This document shows, in pieces, positions 55,816 through 64,000 of a DNA stretch of 64,000 nt. The notes under the pieces were generated by a model, which was not told the origin of the DNA, made no database searches, and worked only from the letters and a program-made list of their open reading frames with translations. Made by a program: the position numbers and the translations under genes. Origin of the DNA: a virus; the IMG/VR virus record IMGVR_UViG_3300046003_004989, positions 1 to 64,000 of that record; one strand, 5' to 3'. Numbering within the stretch: position 1 is the first letter of the stretch; each line of letters begins with the position of its first letter.

Positions 55816-56691
55816 TTAATTGTTATATGTAGATTTTAGAGATAGAATATAATTCGATAGAATATGTTCGGCTTTCCAGCCTAATTTTGCATACGTTTCT
55901 ACAGTATTACATAGAGTATGTTGTCCTTCATTTTTTCTGAGTGGTACAAATTTTATTTTTGTAGTATCATTTCCACAATAAAGCATAGCTACTTCTAATA
56001 TGGAAATAGGCATACCTCTACCTAAATCGAAGTTATCACCTTTTCTTTTTTCGTTACTAGCTGCAATAAGTCCTTTACAAATATCTTCAACATGAGTAAA
56101 GTCTCTACTTTGTTTTCCGTCACCTACAATCGTTATCGGTTCACCTTCTTCAAATTGTCTACCGAATTTAGCTACTACGGTTGCCCATTCACCAATACGA
56201 GGTTCTCTCGGTCCATACACATTATAAAATGTACACATTGATGCATTCAAATCAAAACACTCAACATAAGTTTTTAGAATTCCTTCACCTGCTACTTTTG
56301 AGAACGTATAAGGTGTTAGATAGGGTGTTCCGTGATTCTTAGAAGAAGTTGTTGCATACACAAGAGATGCGTTAGAAATTCTTGCGAGTTCACATACGGC
56401 TGCAGTTCCAAGAGTATTTGCGTCGAAGTATTCAAGAGGTTTTTCAAATGAAGGTTGGATTCTAGCCAATGCGGCTAAGTGAAATATTTTATCAAATTTT
56501 ATGTTTGCATAATGTACATTAACGTTTTGTACATCTCCGAGGATGTATTCTGCAAACTCATTCGAATATTTTAAAGAAGAAGATTCAGAAGATAGATTAT
56601 CGATCCCATAAACTTCATGTCCTTGTGCTACTAACATATCTACCAGATTGGATCCGACGAATCCCAAAGCACCTGTGACTAAAATTTTCAT
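55816..56691 (-). CDS. NAD-dependent sugar epimerase/dehydratase
   Basis: 'LVTGALGFVGS', 'FHLAA', 'PYTFSK' (YxxxK), 'NVYGP', 'RDFTHVED'; start moved to ATG 56691. Confidence 0.92.
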   Translation of the reverse strand: MKILVTGALGFVGSNLVDMLVAQGHEVYGIDNLSSESSSLKYSNEFAEYILGDVQNVNVHYANIKFDKIFHLAALARIQPSFEKPLEYFDANTLGTAAVCELARISNASLVYATTSSKNHGTPYLTPYTFSKVAGEGILKTYVECFDLNASMCTFYNVYGPREPRIGEWATVVAKFGRQFEEGEPITIVGDGKQSRDFTHVEDICKGLIAASNEKRKGDNFDLGRGMPISILEVAMLYCGNDTTKIKFVPLRKNEGQHTLCNTVETYAKLGWKAEHILSNYILSLKSTYNN

Positions 56692-56737
56692 ATTATTTAG
56701 TTTATTATTGTTATATGAAGAAAGCACTCCAAAGTAC

Positions 56738-56763
56738 AAAAGACCGAATTTCTTCGGTCTTTG
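56738..56763 (-). terminator. intrinsic terminator
   Basis: AAAGACCGAA-GAAA-TTCGGTCTTTT. Confidence 0.75.
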
Positions 56764-56785
56764 TTGTTGAGTTAAGGCAACTCTG

Positions 56786-57076
56786 TTATTTTGAAAGGCT
56801 TTCTAGTTCTTTGTCTATTTGAGATTGACGATTAACATCTAGAATTTTACGATCAGTTGATTGTATCATTCTTTTCTCAGACTTAAGACCTTCAATTTGT
56901 AGGTCTTTCTTAGTGACAGTTGTAGATTGGAGCGTATCAACTTTTTCTGTAAGCTTATCAATTCGCTTATTGATACTTTTTGTGTCACTGCTGCAAGTTC
57001 GTAGGAATAGAATAACTAGCAAAGATAGAACTATTAGGTTGAAATACCTTCCAATAAATTCGTTAAATTTATTCAT
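56786..57076 (-). CDS. membrane-anchored/lipoprotein-like coiled-coil protein
   Basis: Hydrophobic stretch ending LFLRTC, then coiled coil. Confidence 0.65.
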   Translation of the reverse strand: MNKFNEFIGRYFNLIVLSLLVILFLRTCSSDTKSINKRIDKLTEKVDTLQSTTVTKKDLQIEGLKSEKRMIQSTDRKILDVNRQSQIDKELESLSK

Positions 57077-57311
57077 TTTCTTTCTTTTTAGGTTTTATGA
57101 TCTTGTTAGGTCTCGGTGTTTGCTGTGAGATTTTAGCATTATAATAATCATCGGTATAACATTCGCAAGGAAGTTTAGATTGTCCACATTTAGGACATGC
57201 TAGATTATCATCAGGGCTTGCATTCGGTTTAGGGACTTCAACCTCTTCGATATCCTTTTTGTTTGGTTTTTTACCTTCTACTAAAAACTCAATAAATTTC
57301 TTAAAAGCCAT
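57069..57311 (-). CDS. small Cys (CxxC-x6-CxC) protein with leader-like N-terminus
   Basis: MAFKKFIEFLVE-G; GATAAATAA upstream at ~57332-57340. Confidence 0.65.
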   Translation of the reverse strand: MAFKKFIEFLVEGKKPNKKDIEEVEVPKPNASPDDNLACPKCGQSKLPCECYTDDYYNAKISQQTPRPNKIIKPKKKENE

Positions 57312-57340
57312 TTTGTATGTGTACTTTTAAGTTATTTATC

Positions 57341-57874
57341 TTAGCGTCCTTGATTCTGTAATTGAGCTTGAGCTTCCAATGACTTAACCAAATCTTCTAC
57401 TGGAATTCCTTGTTCAATTGAAACTAATTCCAACGAAAGATCTCTCAATTCTTGACGGTCTTCATTAACTTCTTTCACAGGTAAAGCGAATTGGTCACAA
57501 ATACCTTTGAATAATTTAGCAGATTCTTGTCCACGAGATACGTAATTTTTCAAGAAGTGGAAGATAGCTTCAGTGATTTCTACTTCAGTTTTACCTTTCA
57601 ATTCACCTTTATCGTTTCTAAGAACTGATAAACGATCAAATGTTTCAGAGATTGCGTAAGACTCATAACCTTTCCATTCTACGTTATTATAAAAAGTATC
57701 GAAGAAGAATGCTGTTTGTTCAGCAGTTAAGTAGATGTCATACTTCTTAGTTTCTAGTAGTTGACGGAAATTGTCAAACTTTTCTTGTGCTGCAGCTAGA
57801 GCTTTTTGATCTACTACTGGAGCTTGAGTTGGTTGAGTTGCTTCAGCAACTTCATCAGCTTTAATTACTTTCAT
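57341..57874 (-). CDS. hypothetical protein
   Basis: Start moved to ATG 57874, downstream of CATATAA 57897-57903. Confidence 0.7.
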   Translation of the reverse strand: MKVIKADEVAEATQPTQAPVVDQKALAAAQEKFDNFRQLLETKKYDIYLTAEQTAFFFDTFYNNVEWKGYESYAISETFDRLSVLRNDKGELKGKTEVEITEAIFHFLKNYVSRGQESAKLFKGICDQFALPVKEVNEDRQELRDLSLELVSIEQGIPVEDLVKSLEAQAQLQNQGR

Positions 57875-57921
57875 GTTTATTGATTTGTTTAGTTTATTAT
57901 ATGTTGATTTTGAATTTTTGT

Positions 57922-58653
57922 TTATGCTGGACCGTTCTGTGCAAATAAATTTTTCCATTTATCGTTAAAAACTTTCTCTTGTTCTACCGTAATTTTGCTC
58001 TGTTCCGCAGAAGTGAGAGAATTACCAGTCTTTCCTAACATATTTTCGTGATGATTAACTACGGATGCAGGAACTAAAAAGTGATTGATATTTTTAGTTT
58101 GTAACTCTAATGCATAATCGTTATCACAATACCAAAATGTGAATTTTTCATCAAGTTCTCCAATGATATCATAGATTTTTCTTTGTTGAAATATACACCA
58201 ACCAGCAATTTCACCTCTTACTCGATATCCTGCAAATAGAGAATTGCCATGTGGTTTATTATCACCTTGTGTTTGAGGACACCAAGGAGAAGCTGAAAGG
58301 AATTGAGGGTGAGCTTCCATCGCTAAAATGATGTTAGAAGCCCAAGAATTTTCAAAAGTTAGATCAGAATTACAAAGAACTACATAAGGTGAATTACCTG
58401 CACGTCTTCCTATATTTAGGAATTTATGATATCCGAAAGTTTGGTTTGGGTGTATCGTGGTAGTTGTATGTTTACGATATGTTTGATTGAATTGATCGTA
58501 ATTTACATCTGGATTTGTTTCTACTACATATGCATGAAAAGTTACATCACCGGAAGGTTCAGATCCAAAAAGAGAATCTAAGCCTTGATGAGTTACTTGA
58601 AGAAGCTCTTCATTTTTAGCCCATGAAATAATTACTATGTCTACGTGTTTCAT
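57922..58653 (-). CDS. GT2-family glycosyltransferase
   Basis: 'VVLCNSDL', 'LDEKFTFWYCDND'; start moved to ATG 58653. Confidence 0.82.
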   Translation of the reverse strand: MKHVDIVIISWAKNEELLQVTHQGLDSLFGSEPSGDVTFHAYVVETNPDVNYDQFNQTYRKHTTTTIHPNQTFGYHKFLNIGRRAGNSPYVVLCNSDLTFENSWASNIILAMEAHPQFLSASPWCPQTQGDNKPHGNSLFAGYRVRGEIAGWCIFQQRKIYDIIGELDEKFTFWYCDNDYALELQTKNINHFLVPASVVNHHENMLGKTGNSLTSAEQSKITVEQEKVFNDKWKNLFAQNGPA

Positions 58654-59108
58654 TGATTTTTGTATTTTGTTATTATGTCCGAACATATAGCTATACATTC
58701 AGTTATGTTATCGTTATGTATTTCTGGCATTACTGCAATGCTATTTTTGATAGGTTGCTTTCCAGGATAAGCCCAAATATATTTATGTGAAGTTAGTGTT
58801 AATGTATCTTCTTCATGCCAAAAGAAATTATAGTCATATTCATGACTAGCAAAAAATTCAACAGCTTCAATATTTTTACAATGAATCCAAAGCTTATTAA
58901 TTCTATCAGAAAACCATCTAAAATCTACACCATACTGCGGTTTGTCATGTCCTAGAAAAAGCTGCCAACCGAATTGTTCAGTTTTAATGTACCAAACATC
59001 TACTTCTACATCGAACCCTTCTTTGATAGCTTGGTCTATGTAATTTGGTTCATTTTCATATGACTCAAATTTACCGTTAGTATTTCCTCTATGTGCAATA
59101 TACTTCAT
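58650..59108 (-). CDS. glycerophosphodiester phosphodiesterase (PLC-like) family protein
   Basis: 'IAHRGN', 'EN', 'DVEVDVW', 'LGHD', 'WIHCKN', 'ICSD'. Confidence 0.85.
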   Translation of the reverse strand: MKYIAHRGNTNGKFESYENEPNYIDQAIKEGFDVEVDVWYIKTEQFGWQLFLGHDKPQYGVDFRWFSDRINKLWIHCKNIEAVEFFASHEYDYNFFWHEEDTLTLTSHKYIWAYPGKQPIKNSIAVMPEIHNDNITECIAICSDIITKYKNQ

Positions 59109-59875
59109 TATGTGATGTATTTGATTAATTGTTCTTCAGTTATTCCGTAATTTTTTGCCATTTCTAAATTGAATACGCCTTTATCTTTAGGAATCCAGCC
59201 CAATCTTCTAACTAATTCTTGATCGTTTCCTGCAATAATATTATCTCCTTGAAAAGGAGTATTAGAATTTGCCATATGTCTGCTATAGACTTCATGTGGA
59301 TTCGGTTGATTGAACAAGCTAATCGAATCAAAAGTAGATTTTAATGTATGTAAATGTTTAGTGCTTAACACGAAATGAAAGTCTCCTCTATTACCTACAA
59401 AATTATTACAATACACTACATCTTGATTGTAATTAGAGAGAATCATATCTTTCCATAGCAAGACATCTGGACGATAGAAAATTAATCGATCATACTCATT
59501 AGCAAAAGGTTCAATTAATTCACAAGATTTTTTAATTGATAGAGCTTGTGAAACTTGACTAAATTTACTACTATCAGATAGGGAATCTGATAGTTTCTTG
59601 TTTATTGCGTCTTTGTATATATCGTTATCTTCGAAAGAATGAGCTATCGGTGAATATATTTCAATCAAATCTTCTTTTAGATCTGGATTCCAAGATTGAA
59701 TAAAAAAATCGAAATCGTATTCAGAGTTTGTTTCTATTATATGCTTTTGAATGCTCTCGAAGACACATTTAAAATTTATGTACTCATCATCTCTATAGAT
59801 ATCATTCGGATTCGAAAACCCTCCAGATATCTTGGACATTCCACCTCTTAATATTATAGCTACTTTTGATTTCAT
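59108..59875 (-). CDS. putative glycosyltransferase-like protein
   Basis: 'KVAIILRG', 'DFFIQSW', 'YD..IFYRPD'; gene context. Confidence 0.6.
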   Translation of the reverse strand: MKSKVAIILRGGMSKISGGFSNPNDIYRDDEYINFKCVFESIQKHIIETNSEYDFDFFIQSWNPDLKEDLIEIYSPIAHSFEDNDIYKDAINKKLSDSLSDSSKFSQVSQALSIKKSCELIEPFANEYDRLIFYRPDVLLWKDMILSNYNQDVVYCNNFVGNRGDFHFVLSTKHLHTLKSTFDSISLFNQPNPHEVYSRHMANSNTPFQGDNIIAGNDQELVRRLGWIPKDKGVFNLEMAKNYGITEEQLIKYIT

Positions 59876-59880
59876 TGCAT

Positions 59881-60561
59881 TTATTTCTTACATCTAACGT
59901 AAATCCAATTTGTATGATTAACGTCTGAATAAGGTTCGTGTATCTCGAAAGTGATATCTGTGAATCCGATTTTTATTAGATCGTCTACTAATTGCTGCGG
60001 ATCCGTAACTTTAGTATCATTTCCACCATTAGAAGTAGTTGCATCATATCCATTATCATAATAATCTCTATTATTACGATTTGAATCTTGTGTATCGTAT
60101 CCCATTTGAAAAGAGAATATTCCACCTTTCTTAAGGACTCTGAAAATTTCTTTCTTGATGTTATATCTAATCTCATGTACACATATATGTTGTAAAACTA
60201 TAGTAGACATTATGAAGTCATATTCGTTTGATTTCAAATCAGACAAATCTTCTCCATTATTTTTATAGAAGTTAGATTTCGTTAAGTTGAAATTTTTCTT
60301 ATTAGAATTGATGTTATCGACACTCACATCAACACCGTCAATTCTTGCAAAATCTGCTAAAGAAAACATATTAGTTATGTTTCTGCCTTTCCCACAGCCG
60401 AAGTCTAATGCTATTTTGTTTTCAAATAGTGATGGATTTTCTTTAATATCTTTTAGAAGCAAATCCCAATAAAGTGGATTTGAGTTATGTTCTGCGTGAT
60501 TAGTTGTACCTTTTAAATAAAACTCATTGAGCATTTGAAGATAATCGTTTACTGTTTTCAT
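59881..60561 (-). CDS. class I SAM-dependent methyltransferase
   Basis: 'ALDFGCGKGRN', 'GVDVS', 'IVLQHI', 'RVLKKGG'. Confidence 0.9.
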   Translation of the reverse strand: MKTVNDYLQMLNEFYLKGTTNHAEHNSNPLYWDLLLKDIKENPSLFENKIALDFGCGKGRNITNMFSLADFARIDGVDVSVDNINSNKKNFNLTKSNFYKNNGEDLSDLKSNEYDFIMSTIVLQHICVHEIRYNIKKEIFRVLKKGGIFSFQMGYDTQDSNRNNRDYYDNGYDATTSNGGNDTKVTDPQQLVDDLIKIGFTDITFEIHEPYSDVNHTNWIYVRCKK

Positions 60562-61301
60562 TAAAATCGTAGTATTTTTATTTTGTCCATTCTTGGATTT
60601 TCTAGACCTTCCAATAGAGGTCTTTCATATCTTTCAAATTCTTCAGGATGAGATTCTCTTGTGATTCCCATAATTTCCCACTGTTTCATTTCCCATGCAT
60701 GTACCGATTCATCATTATGTTCATGTGTCATACCGTATGTGTAAGGTGAATAGTCAATGAAAGAGTATATGTTAAAATTTAGATCAGGATATGCAGCTTC
60801 AATAGCTTCACATAATTCCACAGGAACAGAATTATATCGCATTAAGATGAAGTTGATTTTATCGTAATTGCTAAGATAGTATCTAAAATTCTCTATTCGT
60901 TTATTGTATCTTTCAATGAATAATTCAAAATTGTTATCGACAAAATGATTGATTCCGTTTGGCCATCTTTCATTCAGATACAAATCTCCATGTCCAGGAG
61001 ATTCATGATTAAAAACGAATCCGTAATATGTGTTAACTATTTGAAATTCGGTTTTTGGTTGTGCATGCATTGCAAAATGCTCAGAACAAAAAGTACCTTC
61101 AACTAATTTCAAATGATTTGGATCTGTAAAGTATTTAAAGTCATCTTTAATACATTCAACTACTCCAAGGTAGTTGCTATTATGTAAGTCAAAAGGACCT
61201 GTTCGATAGCCTTCAGATCTTACTCCACGTAAACCTAAATTTACGCCTATCTGTGCTGATTCACAACGCCATCCAAGACTAATTGCTTCTGTCTGTGTCA
61301 T
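60561..61301 (-). CDS. DUF1796-like (papain-like) protein
   Basis: 'ISLGWRC', 'GPFD', 'FNHE', 'RY.KRIENF'; start moved to ATG 61301. Confidence 0.7.
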   Translation of the reverse strand: MTQTEAISLGWRCESAQIGVNLGLRGVRSEGYRTGPFDLHNSNYLGVVECIKDDFKYFTDPNHLKLVEGTFCSEHFAMHAQPKTEFQIVNTYYGFVFNHESPGHGDLYLNERWPNGINHFVDNNFELFIERYNKRIENFRYYLSNYDKINFILMRYNSVPVELCEAIEAAYPDLNFNIYSFIDYSPYTYGMTHEHNDESVHAWEMKQWEIMGITRESHPEEFERYERPLLEGLENPRMDKIKILRF

Positions 61302-61303
61302 TT

Positions 61304-62665
61304 TTATATTTTGTTTTTGAGATAAAAATCGAGATCTTCTGGAGTTCCTATACCCCACATTTCCTCTGCGTTATAAGTTCTAATTTGCTTTCCGTCTTCA
61401 ATAGCTTGATTGAATACTGGACAAACATAAAATTCATTGTTTACTCTGATATCCTTTTCGATCATTTCTTCGGCATATTTAACAAAATCAGAACCATTCT
61501 TCCAATAATAGAATCCTACTGTTGCTAAGTCTGAAATTGGATTCTTTTCTGCTACTTCAGTAACAAAGCCATTTTCGTCAGTTTTAGCAAACGACCATTT
61601 AGGATGAGTGGCTTTAAATGTAACTATTCCACCATCGCATTGAGTTTCATTCATCTTGTACATAAATTCGTTAGAATCCCATTCTACATACTGATCAGAA
61701 TTTGCAAAAAATAGAGGAGCGTCATTATCAATAAATTCTTTTGCCATTAAAGCAGTACAAGCTGCACCTTCAGTTAGACCATTAACTTCAACAATTTTAC
61801 ATCCAGGAGCTATGATATTTAATAATGTGTCTAAATTGTATTTTTCTCTATGAGCTTTTTGTACGATAAAAATGTAATTTGCATCTATGTTAAGATTTTC
61901 AACTACTACTTGAATCATCGGTTTTTTGTTTACTTCTATAATTGGCTTAGGGAAAGTGTAACCGGCATTCTCAAATCGACTACCTGCACCAGCCATAGGA
62001 ATTAAAATGTTCAATTTAGAATCCTTCCATTTTGGTGTTGTCATAAGTTTATTTTCTTTTATGTTTTTTATCTTTTCGGAGATGTTTAGATAATTCACTT
62101 CTTCTGGATTTCTAACTCTCAATATATGAGATTTGCTTCTAGAAGCAGCTAATAAACCATAAGGTGAATCTTCAACGATTAATGTTTCTTCGGGTAAGCA
62201 ACTCATTTTGGATATTGCTTTCCAATACATTTCTGGATGTGGTTTAGAATTTTGAACGTCTTCGTTGGATACGATATAATCAAAGAATTCAATGATACCT
62301 AATTTAGAAAGAACCGTTAGTACAGTCTTTCTAATACTATTTGAACAAACGGCTAATCTATAACCTTCTGTTGTTAAATTTTGCATAGTAGAGATTAGAT
62401 TCTCATCAGCTTTTAAATTTCTTAAAGCTTGAAGAGTGTACATCTGTTTGTTGTCCCATACTTCTTTATGCATTTCTAAAGGAAGACCTTTATTTTGAGT
62501 TAACATATCCAATTTCTGATTAGTCTTCAGACCGTCATAAATTGATAAATGTTCGTTCCATTCGATGGAGTATTCAGGACCTAAAGCATCATTTAATGCT
62601 TCATAGTGTATTGTTTTAGCTTCAACTAAAACTCCGTCCAAATCGAATATGATTAGTTTTATCAT
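61304..62665 (-). CDS. HAD phosphatase fused to sugar-phosphate nucleotidyltransferase-like domain
   Basis: 'FDLDGVL', 'KPHPE', 'VEDS..G' plus 'IPMAGAGSRF...PKP', 'NNEFYV', 'GTPEDL'. Confidence 0.9.
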   Translation of the reverse strand: MIKLIIFDLDGVLVEAKTIHYEALNDALGPEYSIEWNEHLSIYDGLKTNQKLDMLTQNKGLPLEMHKEVWDNKQMYTLQALRNLKADENLISTMQNLTTEGYRLAVCSNSIRKTVLTVLSKLGIIEFFDYIVSNEDVQNSKPHPEMYWKAISKMSCLPEETLIVEDSPYGLLAASRSKSHILRVRNPEEVNYLNISEKIKNIKENKLMTTPKWKDSKLNILIPMAGAGSRFENAGYTFPKPIIEVNKKPMIQVVVENLNIDANYIFIVQKAHREKYNLDTLLNIIAPGCKIVEVNGLTEGAACTALMAKEFIDNDAPLFFANSDQYVEWDSNEFMYKMNETQCDGGIVTFKATHPKWSFAKTDENGFVTEVAEKNPISDLATVGFYYWKNGSDFVKYAEEMIEKDIRVNNEFYVCPVFNQAIEDGKQIRTYNAEEMWGIGTPEDLDFYLKNKI

Positions 62666-63324
62666 GCTCTATAATTGATTATTTTTCGGAATTGTGTATA
62701 TTGATCGTTAATCAATCGGTAATAATCATATGCGCCTTCTAGTGGATCGATATTAATTCCATACATATCGAAAAGAACACCCCAACCTCGTTCAAGACCC
62801 ATTTGTAACATTTTATTTGTAGGCCAAACTAGGTGTTTTTTATCAATCTTTTGAGCATCTTCATTCATGATAGCAAACATAGGACCGAAAATTCCTTGAC
62901 TAAATTCAGCTTTACCGAAGTTATTCAAGCAAAAGTCTATTTGTTCTTGACTATCATATGTGTTTGCTGGAAATGTTATGAGAGGAACTACAGTTCCCGG
63001 CTTTAATTTCGAATCGATATTTTTAAAGAAGTTCAATGTTTTTATACGAATCGAATCTTGTATAAAGTAAAAACGTTCAGCTTTTATATTATTTATCGCA
63101 TACATATATGCACCACTATCAAACCCACGATAAGGAGTTTGATGAATTTGTAATTTGAATCGATAAGGATTTTTTTCGTCTAGCTCATTAAGGAATTTTA
63201 TAGTTTCCTCATCATTAGATTGAGTGTCTATGATAGAAACTCCACAATCGGGGTTAATCACGTTTATAACCGAGAGTAGTTCGATCAAGTGATTCTTTCC
63301 ATTATTTGTTGCTATTACGATCAT
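62662..63324 (-). CDS. glycosyltransferase-like protein
   Basis: 'IIDTQS', 'GFDSGAY', 'FIQDS', 'ERGWG'; gene context. Confidence 0.6.
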   Translation of the reverse strand: MIVIATNNGKNHLIELLSVINVINPDCGVSIIDTQSNDEETIKFLNELDEKNPYRFKLQIHQTPYRGFDSGAYMYAINNIKAERFYFIQDSIRIKTLNFFKNIDSKLKPGTVVPLITFPANTYDSQEQIDFCLNNFGKAEFSQGIFGPMFAIMNEDAQKIDKKHLVWPTNKMLQMGLERGWGVLFDMYGINIDPLEGAYDYYRLINDQYTQFRKIINYRA

Positions 63325-63330
63325 ATTTGA

Positions 63331-63359
63331 TTATATGCTGATTAAACGGGTCAGTTTCA
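63331..63359 (-). promoter_or_regulatory. class II promoter of the glycosylation cluster
   Basis: TGAAAC-N16-CATATAA. Confidence 0.55.
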
Positions 63360-64000
63360 ATTATTAGGGAACTTCTCATGATACGTTCGTAGATCTTTAT
63401 GGAATTCATTAAACCAGTGTTTGATTTCCTCTCTACCCATTTCAAAAAGCTGAACTTCACCAGTTTCACAACTGATCCAAATTTCACATGAATCTGGAAA
63501 GATTCCATGTCTTTCATGTAAAGCTACGGAATATGCTGCTGTTTGTTTCTTATATCCTCCAATCCATTCCTCTTTCTTCGGTTTTCTACTCGTTTTAAAG
63601 TCGATAACTCTAGGAGATTTCGGTTTACCCCAAATAGACAAGTCCATTCTACCTGCATATCCACCTCCAATAAAAGACCAAAGTGGAATTTCTTGAAACA
63701 TAACAGATTCAATTCTTTCATAGAAGTCTGAATTGTTATGAAATTGTAAGAACAGATTTTTACCACATTCGATTTCCTCTTTGGTCAGTGTATTACACTC
63801 TGCCATAGCCTTAATAAATGCTTGTTGTAGTGGTTTTGCTTCATTATATACGAAGCGAGAATTAAGATAGTGTTCGTGAAGTGCATGCATGAAAGTTCCT
63901 CGGTTTGCAGAGAAAGTAGATATTCTTTCTGCTTCAGCTTCACCTACTCGATTTTTCCACTCAATTAACCCAGACTTATCAGAAGTCTCGGTTAATATTG
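63357..64000 (-). CDS. PD-(D/E)XK (Cas4/RecB-like) phage exonuclease, 5' end beyond window
   Basis: Frame stays open past 63890 ('EWKNRVGEAEA...RGTFMH'); 'AGRMD', 'IDFKTS', 'QTAAY'. Confidence 0.85.
   Translation of the reverse strand, partial: ILTETSDKSGLIEWKNRVGEAEAERISTFSANRGTFMHALHEHYLNSRFVYNEAKPLQQAFIKAMAECNTLTKEEIECGKNLFLQFHNNSDFYERIESVMFQEIPLWSFIGGGYAGRMDLSIWGKPKSPRVIDFKTSRKPKKEEWIGGYKKQTAAYSVALHERHGIFPDSCEIWISCETGEVQLFEMGREEIKHWFNEFHKDLRTYHEKFPNN

Noticed and set aside
63357-64000. Cas4 of a CRISPR system
   Set aside because: Matches the standalone phage PD-(D/E)XK exonuclease pattern, lacks the Cas4 Cys cluster, and has no cas context

Overview
AT-rich, densely packed window in which essentially all real genes lie on the minus strand. 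It reads as part of a very large (jumbo) T4-like phage genome. The host is most likely Bacteroidota: TAnnTTTG -7 promoters recur and there are no Shine-Dalgarno motifs. Layout in + coordinates: (i) ~1-30.8 kb is accessory/early gene modules. These include thioredoxin, a tRNA-binding protein, 3-hydroxyacyl-CoA dehydrogenase, a macro-like protein, NADAR, a DEDD exonuclease, PTH2-like, ClpP, ACP, IF-3, an HD protein, Thg1 and a DUF2828/TROVE-vWA-like protein, plus two tRNA-like genes, one with a CUA (amber) anticodon. (ii) 30.9-43.5 kb is a contiguous block in which 18 of 19 genes begin with a T4-capsid-targeting-like leader (MKNIPxFEDFVNE), i.e. a probable array of head-packaged, injected proteins. 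(iii) 44-51 kb has a glycosyltransferase and virion/collagen-like fibre genes. (iv) 51-64 kb has MazG, ThyA, thioesterase, vWA and a sugar-nucleotide/glycosylation cluster, ending in a truncated PD-(D/E)XK exonuclease. The two most striking observations are a four-unit array of covarying structured RNAs sharing a UACAGCAA motif directly upstream of the Ro60/TROVE-like gene, and the large leader-tagged internal-protein array. All assignments are by eye from motifs; no database search was run.
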